Of a DNA stretch of 46,224 bases, positions 28,637 to 36,293 are shown piece by piece; positions within the stretch are counted from its first letter, which is position 1, and every line of letters starts with the position of its first letter. The position numbers and the translations under genes were made by a program. Source of the DNA: Patescibacteria group bacterium (GTDB lineage Bacteria; Patescibacteriota; Microgenomatia; UBA8517); NCBI GenBank assembly GCA_036846005.1, contig DAIUCV010000003.1, forward strand, positions 1 to 46,224, given 5' to 3'. The notes beneath the pieces are model-generated. The model was not told the origin of the DNA. It made no database searches and saw nothing but the letters and a program-made list of their open reading frames with translations.

Positions 28637-29851
28637 TTAAAAAGACAATAAAATTTTGTTGAGAAAACCCCTTTTATCAAGTAGATATAATGTATTGTTT
28701 GATATTCCAATTACTTCTTGAACAGATATATTGGTGGAAGGATTAGTGAAGTTGATAGGATACTTGGTAAAGTTTGTAGAATTTAAGCCATAAAACTGTA
28801 TTTTGTTTTGTAGTGTCTTAATAATTAGTAAATTTTCATCACTTATCCAGGCAATGTGTTCAGAAAATTCCGAGGATACTGATTTCTGAGCAAGACTCTC
28901 TAAATTAATAAGAGTAAGAGAATTAGATTTTTGGACAGCTAGAAAGCTATTACCCGGAGAAAGAGCGTAATTATTACCCACAATAGATAATACTGTTTTA
29001 TTTTGAGTAATATTAAATAAAGTTATTTTACTTTCATCAAGAGCATCAACCTTATCAAATAAAAGTAAGAGATTGTCGGTGACAACCCCTATTTTAGATG
29101 CTTTAATTCTGGTAATTTGTCTGGGTTGTAAATTTGTGGTATCTGTTACAAAAAGAGTAGACGACCTTGTTTTATAATCGAATTTTCCAATAAGATACAT
29201 ACTTTTGTTATCCGTACTCAGATGCGCATACATAATAGGAGTAATGCTTGAGATATCGATTTTTTGTGTTAGTTTATTTGACTGGGTATCGAAAACAAGT
29301 ATTTCGTTAATATTCTTGCGATCTACAAAAGTGATTAAAGGTTCAGAATATGAATAGAATGAAAGATTGCCTTCGTAAAGTGTGTTTACCTTATCGTTAA
29401 CTATAGAAACCAGTCGGGAGTTATTAACATCATAGGCAATTAAAACACCGTTGGTGTACAAGTTGACATCAGATATAAATGTTTGGGATATTGTCTCAGT
29501 TTTTTTAATTTCAATTTGGGTAATATCTCCCTTTATATTTTCTAGAGTTATATCAATATTAGTATTACTTTTAAGGTCAACCTCCTTATTAACGTTTATG
29601 TAGTTTGGTTTTGAAATTACAATTTCATGAGTACCTTTAGGTAGTTTTTTAGAGAAGTTGTTTATAGAAGAATACTTGTTGTCGACAAGAATTTCAGCTC
29701 CAGAAGGTTGAACATTAATATTTAATAAATATTGTTTCTGAATTAAATTTCTAATAATAAAAAGAATTAATAAGAAGAGAATAACCAAAATACCAGCAGA
29801 CAAAACCCTATTGGTCTTTATTTTTAGATATAACGTTTTTATCAAATACAT
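28637..29851 (-). CDS. Bitopic membrane protein with PEGA domain and a repetitive beta-rich ectodomain (last gene of the T4SS-like operon)
   Basis: An N-terminal TM is followed by the PEGA pattern INVQPSGAEILVDN...LPKGTHEIVISKPNY. The gene overlaps the upstream gene by 10 nt. Confidence 0.7.
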   Translation of the reverse strand: MYLIKTLYLKIKTNRVLSAGILVILFLLILFIIRNLIQKQYLLNINVQPSGAEILVDNKYSSINNFSKKLPKGTHEIVISKPNYINVNKEVDLKSNTNIDITLENIKGDITQIEIKKTETISQTFISDVNLYTNGVLIAYDVNNSRLVSIVNDKVNTLYEGNLSFYSYSEPLITFVDRKNINEILVFDTQSNKLTQKIDISSITPIMYAHLSTDNKSMYLIGKFDYKTRSSTLFVTDTTNLQPRQITRIKASKIGVVTDNLLLLFDKVDALDESKITLFNITQNKTVLSIVGNNYALSPGNSFLAVQKSNSLTLINLESLAQKSVSSEFSEHIAWISDENLLIIKTLQNKIQFYGLNSTNFTKYPINFTNPSTNISVQEVIGISNNTLYLLDKRGFLNKILLSF

Positions 29852-32424
29852 AATTGGCTTGGGTCAGTACAATTTCCTAAATTAAATTTGTCTTCAAAAT
29901 CCGCCTGTGGACAGATATCACCTGCACCATCGAAATCAAAACCTCCCGTGCTTATGCCAAAGTGTACATGTTCACCGTGTGCGTTTCCAGTTGTGTTAGT
30001 TGTCGCTATTACCTGACCACTGCTTACTTGTTGACCCAGGGTTACAAATATTTGACAGTTGTGTGAGTATAAATATCTTCTTCCGTCATTTCCATTTAAA
30101 ATAATATAGTTTCCCCCGGCAGCAGAGAAATCATCTTTCCAAATGTTGACGTAAGATATTGTTCCACTGGTATAGGCAACCAAAGGTTGATGTTCTGACT
30201 GGGGGAAGATATCAACATTATTCTTGTGATTCCAGTGATAACAAGCATAATTTGTATTCACACCAGGAGCTACGGGGAAAGCGTATTGATTATCGCTGGA
30301 AAAAATGACGCCGGTTACATCGGGCGGTGTACCTCCTGTGACATTGTCTATACAATCGCCTTCTTCTCCGGCGAATTCAGATCGGGGAACAACATATCCG
30401 CTTGTATTAATGATGTAGATGGTAATTATTAAAAACAATATTACGCAAAAACCTATTATTAGAGGTTTGATAATAACATCTAGAGTAAGCTCGGTTAATG
30501 ATCTAAAAAGGTTGGAGCGGCGAAACAATTTAGTTCTTCTGAAAAAACGATACAGACTACGAGCAGCAAGAAGACTGATGGGGATAGCCAAAACAGGGGA
30601 GTTTTCTTTTACCCAAGTTTTAATTTTATTCCAGTTTTTCCTAATGAATTCAACAATTGCTGAAAGAACCAGGACTATTAACGATACCAGCCAGGTAGGT
30701 ATTGCCGCGAGAACCGCAAACACTCCTCCTGCAGCTTTACCACCTGCTGTAAGAGCTGCAGTTGTACCTGCAGCTACTGGTTTTGAGGATATTACTTTAT
30801 ACAACAAAGAACCGATTTTATCGATAATGGGTCCTTTTATTGGTTTCTTGCCAATCCATACGACAAATTTTGAAGCCCCTTCGGAAAATACATTTCCTAA
30901 GGTAAACTTTCCTAAACCTGCTTGGATACCACCGAGATTAATAGATGCCGCCTCGATCATTCCCACTTCGCTTGTGTAGACAACCTTTGCCACCCAGAAA
31001 CTTTTGGGAAACGCAGAACTAAATAATGGTCTCATTAATCCGACACCCTTCCAGGCTATTCCAGGTAATGAACCAGGAGTAACCCCCGCAACTGCCGGCA
31101 GATATAAATTTGAAGCACCCGATGTCAGAAGAGGAATGTTTATTGCTGTCCAGCGCGTTATTAAACTCGTTTGGGATAATCCGACAACTGCTCCAGCTGC
31201 TGCGGTATAGGGGAGAATGCCTCCCGTTATAGATTTAAGTTTAGTAATTGGTTTATACCAAGAGTATTCTTTAACAATTGCGGAGTAACCACGCCTGCTT
31301 AACGAATTTATATATTCCAGATCTCCTCTTTGGATTGCTTTGTAAACCTGATTTCTAATATTGGCGGTTGTTTTCCAATAATCGATCATGGATTGTACGT
31401 CTGCTTGGTAGTTGGTTTGATCAGTGGGTTCTTCTGATATCTCGTGGTCTCTTGTTTTTTGGGTATTGTAGAAGTAAGTGGAGAGATTAGGTCCGATAAC
31501 CGGTGAAAGTAAGTTTTCGGATGTTACATCGTCCAATTCTTCTTCAAGAGCTATTCCTTGTGCGGCTTCTGAAATCTGTTTTCTGACTTCTTCATCAGGG
31601 ATAATTTTTACCAAATTAGGATCATTGGGATTAGCCAGGGAAGATAAAATTTCCAAGATATTAACTTGAGCCTGACCTACTGAATTATTATCTATTTTTA
31701 AAAGTTTGTCGGTAAAATCGATTGCTACAATTCTGGCAACATAATCAAGTTGTTCCGGAGAAAGGTTGTTTTTAACTTCTTTTGGGGCATACTTTAGTAT
31801 TTCTTGCACTCTTCTTTCGACAAACGAGTTGGGATCACTTCGAGCTTCATTAAGATAGTTTTCCAGTCTCACACGATCCTCTTCAGAGACTGTATTTGAT
31901 TCTGGGGGTTCTGGGGAGTTTAAGTAAACAATCTTGGGAATTACTGCAGGAGGTGGTGTTTTAACAACCTCTTTGATAACAGGCTTTTCGGTTGCAACCG
32001 GTTGAACCTCCTTATTGAGCAATTCTTTAGGTTTAGGAATCTTTTTGTTTTTACCCTTAAAATCAAGAATATTTTCCGTAACGTTATATAACACATCTTC
32101 TTTCTCATCGGTTGCTAAATTCTTAACACGTTCCATTTCTTTAGCAGCATCAAGAATTTCCTGCGCAGGCATATCACTTTCAACACCCTTATCGATAAGT
32201 TCAATCCAATAATCCAACACCATTAAGCTATCGGAGATTTCATTGGTGTCTGTTATGAGAAAAACGTATTTTAAGAAAAGCTGTTTGCTATACCCGTCGT
32301 AAGAATTGCTGAAGGGTTTAGTGATAGCCACATCAGGGGGATAAAAATAGGCAGGGTAAAAAATCCTAATCCCTTCACGAATCCACTCTATCCTTTTTCT
32401 TGAAAATACTATTGAATCATTCAT
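29842..32424 (-). CDS. 860-aa membrane protein with C-terminal M23-like peptidase domain (cell-wall hydrolase of the T4SS-like cluster)
   Basis: The C-terminus has NAHGEHVHFGIS (HxH) and LYSHNCQIFVTLGQQVSSGQVIA. The Gly/Ala-rich hydrophobic middle contains TM segments. The N-terminal roughly 380 aa match nothing recognised. The gene overlaps virB4 by 8 nt. Confidence 0.7.
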   Translation of the reverse strand: MNDSIVFSRKRIEWIREGIRIFYPAYFYPPDVAITKPFSNSYDGYSKQLFLKYVFLITDTNEISDSLMVLDYWIELIDKGVESDMPAQEILDAAKEMERVKNLATDEKEDVLYNVTENILDFKGKNKKIPKPKELLNKEVQPVATEKPVIKEVVKTPPPAVIPKIVYLNSPEPPESNTVSEEDRVRLENYLNEARSDPNSFVERRVQEILKYAPKEVKNNLSPEQLDYVARIVAIDFTDKLLKIDNNSVGQAQVNILEILSSLANPNDPNLVKIIPDEEVRKQISEAAQGIALEEELDDVTSENLLSPVIGPNLSTYFYNTQKTRDHEISEEPTDQTNYQADVQSMIDYWKTTANIRNQVYKAIQRGDLEYINSLSRRGYSAIVKEYSWYKPITKLKSITGGILPYTAAAGAVVGLSQTSLITRWTAINIPLLTSGASNLYLPAVAGVTPGSLPGIAWKGVGLMRPLFSSAFPKSFWVAKVVYTSEVGMIEAASINLGGIQAGLGKFTLGNVFSEGASKFVVWIGKKPIKGPIIDKIGSLLYKVISSKPVAAGTTAALTAGGKAAGGVFAVLAAIPTWLVSLIVLVLSAIVEFIRKNWNKIKTWVKENSPVLAIPISLLAARSLYRFFRRTKLFRRSNLFRSLTELTLDVIIKPLIIGFCVILFLIITIYIINTSGYVVPRSEFAGEEGDCIDNVTGGTPPDVTGVIFSSDNQYAFPVAPGVNTNYACYHWNHKNNVDIFPQSEHQPLVAYTSGTISYVNIWKDDFSAAGGNYIILNGNDGRRYLYSHNCQIFVTLGQQVSSGQVIATTNTTGNAHGEHVHFGISTGGFDFDGAGDICPQADFEDKFNLGNCTDPSQLCI

Positions 32425-34378
32425 TCTTATTTACTGTTTGAACAGAAGGATTAATATTTGTATCTGATTTATTCGCTTGATGGTAATATCCCAATTTTTC
32501 CTGAGGTTTGGTGGTTATTATCTTATGTTCTTCTTGTGAAGCCACAACTCTAATCGGGGCATGATGGGGACCAGCGAAAAATATACCCTCTCCAATATTT
32601 GCAGCCAAAAGAAGCTGTTTTTCTCCCTGGGAAAGATAGAAAACTTCTGCTATTCTATCGATTGCTGCAGGGGATTGTTTTAATAGAAGTCTTAGAGAGC
32701 TATTAGTTACTATTGCTTTACCGATATCCTGATTTAGAAAATCTTCAACGTCTTGGGTAATGGTGGTTAAACCCAGGAAGTATTTTCTGGCCCTTTTTAC
32801 AACACTCCACAGAAATTGGGCTGAGTCGGGATATCTCATCATATGCCAGGCTTCATCAACAATCAAAAGTCTTCTTTTTAAATCTCTTTGCACCCTAGTC
32901 CAAATAAAATCTAATACCATGAACATCGCGATGGGTCTTAAAGCTTCCTGCATGTCTTTTACGCTAAAAACTGTAAAAGGATTATTGATATTAATGTTTG
33001 TTTGTCTATCAAAGATTCCCACAAAGCTTCCTCTAACAAATTTTTCAATCCTTGCCGCCAAATCCATGGCATCAGGGGTCTCCATTCCTACCAGGGTTTT
33101 ATATAAATCTTCCATCAAAGGAGCCTCCCTTTTTTGAGTTGTAGGATCTTGGGTAATACCCTTACCGCGATAGGTGGCAATTAAGGCTCTATCCAGAAGA
33201 GCTTCCTGTATAGGATTTAACTGTCCCATAATGACTTTGAAAAAGGAATGCAAAGTAAGAATTTTTAATCCTAACTGATTTTCTCCTTCGGTATAAATTT
33301 GGGAAAGATCAAAAGGGTTAATTTTAGAAGAAGATCCGAAGGAAAAAGATATAAATTCTCCTCCCACGGCCTCAGCTATTGTTTTATATTCAGATTCCGG
33401 GTCAATTACTATAACTTCAGTTCCGAGCATTAGGCTGCGTATAGATTCGAGTTTAACAAAATAAGATTTTCCTGCTCCTGAGGTAGCGAAAATCGTCATA
33501 TTGGCGTTTTCAAGAGAGAATCTGTCGAAAATAATAAACGATTCGTTTTGTGAATTAATTCCGTATAAAACTCCTTTGTCACTGGAAAGTTCAGCAGAAG
33601 TCAGGGGAAAAGTAGTCGAAAGAGAAGTTGTATCCATGTTTCTGGTTATCGCAAGCTTGTCCAATCCGAAAGGAACTGTTGATAGAAAGCCGTTTTCGCA
33701 ATCAAGAGCGGCGTGTTTGGCAACAATCAAAAGTGAACCCAGGGTAGATTCCACCTGTCTGGTTATGTGATTTAATTCCTCAAGACTTGCGGCAGGTATG
33801 GTTATATAAAAAGAGAATTGGTAAAACCTTTCAGAACCTTTGACAAGTTGTTCTTGTAAAGACCTTGCATCCTCGAGTTTTGCTTGGGTTGAGGGGTTTA
33901 CTATTTTTCCTCTTTCTAAATCAGTGGCAATTTCTGCTTCCATCTCAGCAATTTTTCTTCGTAAATCATCCAAGACAGTTTTCCCCTCTACAGGGTAAAT
34001 ATAAAAGGAAGTATCAAGTGAACCGTCAAAGTTGATTATTGGTTCAAGCCATCCGGGAGCAACAAATCTGGGATATCCCGCAATGAATAGTGTGCGGAAA
34101 TAGGTGTTGTTTATTTTTATATAGTCAAAATCAATCTCTATTGACTCGGGTGCTAATAAATCGAGAAGATTTAGTTTTCTTTGGTAAAGTTCAATTGCAG
34201 GGTCGATTATCTTAGGCTTTTTGGGTAATCCGTTGAGATTATTTGAGGCTTGGGGTTGTTTTGCTTTTTCGTCTACCTCTTCAGGTTTTGGTGATTCGTA
34301 TAAATGACCCATATTACCACTGGGTGTTTGTGTTATTTGTTGGGGTTGAGTGGTTTTTTTAGTTTTAAATAGATTCAT
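32417..34378 (-). CDS. virB4: VirB4/TrbE/PrgJ-family T4SS ATPase (C-terminal 653-aa part)
   Basis: Has Walker A ATSGAGKSY and Walker B RRLLIVDEAW. TTITQDVEDF and the N-terminal YFRTLFIAGYPRFVAPGWL pattern are typical of VirB4. Confidence 0.9.
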   Translation of the reverse strand: MNLFKTKKTTQPQQITQTPSGNMGHLYESPKPEEVDEKAKQPQASNNLNGLPKKPKIIDPAIELYQRKLNLLDLLAPESIEIDFDYIKINNTYFRTLFIAGYPRFVAPGWLEPIINFDGSLDTSFYIYPVEGKTVLDDLRRKIAEMEAEIATDLERGKIVNPSTQAKLEDARSLQEQLVKGSERFYQFSFYITIPAASLEELNHITRQVESTLGSLLIVAKHAALDCENGFLSTVPFGLDKLAITRNMDTTSLSTTFPLTSAELSSDKGVLYGINSQNESFIIFDRFSLENANMTIFATSGAGKSYFVKLESIRSLMLGTEVIVIDPESEYKTIAEAVGGEFISFSFGSSSKINPFDLSQIYTEGENQLGLKILTLHSFFKVIMGQLNPIQEALLDRALIATYRGKGITQDPTTQKREAPLMEDLYKTLVGMETPDAMDLAARIEKFVRGSFVGIFDRQTNININNPFTVFSVKDMQEALRPIAMFMVLDFIWTRVQRDLKRRLLIVDEAWHMMRYPDSAQFLWSVVKRARKYFLGLTTITQDVEDFLNQDIGKAIVTNSSLRLLLKQSPAAIDRIAEVFYLSQGEKQLLLAANIGEGIFFAGPHHAPIRVVASQEEHKIITTKPQEKLGYYHQANKSDTNINPSVQTVNKNE

Positions 34379-34390
34379 ATATTTAATTTT

Positions 34391-35086
34391 TTAACTTTTT
34401 AGCAAATCCTGCTCGGACATTTTCAACGTAGGAGGTTCGGAATTATAGATACTAAAGAAAAGGTCTATTAGTTGGATGGTTGCTAATTGTTTTAACTTAA
34501 GCCCAAGTCTTCCCGCCTGTCTTATCAGATGATCTCTTTTGGGATAAAGTGCTATTTTAGCCTTCTTAATTACATATGATTTTGGGAAAGGTAAAGGACC
34601 CGCCTTTCTGGTTATAGAGGCAGCCGATTTGGCAACTCCAAGTTCCAAAGCACTAAAAGGAATAATTATGTAGAAACTTTTACCCAGAACATTTTTCTTT
34701 TTAATAGTATCCAGGATAAATTGTCTGTAACCCTGCATTAAATAAGAAAGCTTTGTGTTCTTGAGAGATTTTTGGGCGTTATCCAAATATTTAAGATAAT
34801 CAGAGATATCCTTTCTTTGAGAACGAATAAATATCTGTATTTGGAAAGATAATGAATTAATAAGAGCGGCATATGCTGCAATAACAGCTTGCTGTTCTTT
34901 TTCAGACAAAAGACCAAAATTAAGAGAAGTAGTTTCCATTACGATTGCGGCACCCCCATCTTTATAGAGAATAATATCTTCAGTAATATCCGCTATAGGG
35001 AGATGATTTTGGGAGGTGGAGATAATGGGTTTGTCAGGAATACTTAACAAGGGAATCTTGAAATTTTTTAAACCTGGTGTATTCAT
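34391..35086 (-). CDS. 231-aa soluble protein resembling the extreme N-terminal region of monoderm VirB4 proteins
   Basis: The pattern IADITEDIILYKDGGAAIVMETTSLNFGLLSEKEQQAVIAAYAALINSLSFQIQIFI matches the N-terminus of Gram-positive VirB4 (recalled from memory). The ORF is in the same frame as virB4, separated by one TAA plus four codons. Confidence 0.55.
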   Translation of the reverse strand: MNTPGLKNFKIPLLSIPDKPIISTSQNHLPIADITEDIILYKDGGAAIVMETTSLNFGLLSEKEQQAVIAAYAALINSLSFQIQIFIRSQRKDISDYLKYLDNAQKSLKNTKLSYLMQGYRQFILDTIKKKNVLGKSFYIIIPFSALELGVAKSAASITRKAGPLPFPKSYVIKKAKIALYPKRDHLIRQAGRLGLKLKQLATIQLIDLFFSIYNSEPPTLKMSEQDLLKS

Positions 35087-35091
35087 GTTTT

Positions 35092-36174
35092 TTAGAATTG
35101 AACCGTGCTTGGTTGGTTGGGATTATTGGGTAATACGGATTGAACATTAACAATAGCCTTTGCCTTGATGGCTATAGGTGGGATTATTTCTCCGGTGGTT
35201 TCAAATGTAACAGAATCAAAAATTAAACCATCTTTTTCCGTAATTATTTCGTAGCTTCCATTTTGTAAAGCAGTAACTATCATGAAGTGTCCCACTTTAT
35301 TGCTTCTTAATGCCCTTACAGGACGTCCAGCTGCATCTTTTATCTCAAGGATGGCACCCTCCACAATTTTCCCTTGGGGATCCATTACTTGACCGACAAC
35401 AGTGTTGGGAATAGAAGGGGGATTGGGAGGTGCTGCGTCTAATGAAAATTGAGCCTGCTGACTACCTATTCCTGTCTCGCTTAAGATTGGATTTATCTTG
35501 GTAGTTATATCTGTTTCCTTAACAGGTTCTTCCTGAACGGGTTTTTCTTCGATGACAATTTTTGGCCTAAATCCTTTAGAAGCAATTGTGAAAGATTTGT
35601 TAACAGGAGTTTCGACCGGTTTTATTATTTTGGGTGTGACTTTAGAAACATCTTCTTTTTTTGGTTCTTCCACAACAGTTGGCCGAATGGGTGTTACAGA
35701 GGAAGCAAAGATGTCTTTTACTTTATTTAAAAAATTTTTTTCGTAACCCTCTAAATTTGCAAGAAAACCCATACCCTGCGTAGGTAACTCTCTAAGGTAG
35801 GATTCCAGCACAACTTCACCATGTGGAGCTATTATACTTTCGTCTTTAGGCATAACTGTTTCTTCTTGGAAGAAATTGAGAGTTTCTCCTTCTTTTTTCC
35901 AGAAATAAGCGGTTGGAGAATAGATAGATTTGAAGAAAGCTAAAATCCATTTTGAAAGAGGTCTTTCCTCAAAGGGTAGAAAAGCAAGTGCGGCTCCCAA
36001 AGCGGCAAAAAAGATCATTAATGGCCATTTGACAATAGGATAGATATTGGTGGAATAAATCAAAAGAGAAATTAAAGCACCACCTGCAACTTGAAAAAAT
36101 TGCTTTAAGGTCATGTCTCCGACCAACCTAAACTGGTAAGATGAGATTTGTTGCGGTATGGGATGTTGTTCCAT
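35092..36174 (-). CDS. PrgI/VirB3-like membrane protein fused to a CarboxypepD_reg-like beta-sandwich domain
   Basis: The N-terminus is QISSYQFRLVGDMTLKQFFQVAGG followed by two TM segments, as in PrgI-family proteins. The C-terminus VVGQVMDPQGKIVEGAILEIKD...GSYEIITEKDG is CarboxypepD_reg-like. Confidence 0.65.
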   Translation of the reverse strand: MEQHPIPQQISSYQFRLVGDMTLKQFFQVAGGALISLLIYSTNIYPIVKWPLMIFFAALGAALAFLPFEERPLSKWILAFFKSIYSPTAYFWKKEGETLNFFQEETVMPKDESIIAPHGEVVLESYLRELPTQGMGFLANLEGYEKNFLNKVKDIFASSVTPIRPTVVEEPKKEDVSKVTPKIIKPVETPVNKSFTIASKGFRPKIVIEEKPVQEEPVKETDITTKINPILSETGIGSQQAQFSLDAAPPNPPSIPNTVVGQVMDPQGKIVEGAILEIKDAAGRPVRALRSNKVGHFMIVTALQNGSYEIITEKDGLIFDSVTFETTGEIIPPIAIKAKAIVNVQSVLPNNPNQPSTVQF

Positions 36175-36293
36175 AGTAAATAGCTGTAGCTCCTACATAA
36201 TTTAGCTTAACCCGTGAAGTATCTATTTCAACCCCAACCTATTTTCACAGATATTATTAGAAAATTTAATTACAAGATGTTAAAATATCAGGT

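Noticed and set aside
30226-31669. Plus-strand ORFs inside the 860-aa gene (including the 186-aa ORF at 30419-30979)
   Set aside because: These are antisense shadows of the Gly/Ala-rich region. Their Ala/Pro/Arg-rich translations are typical of reverse-frame artefacts.
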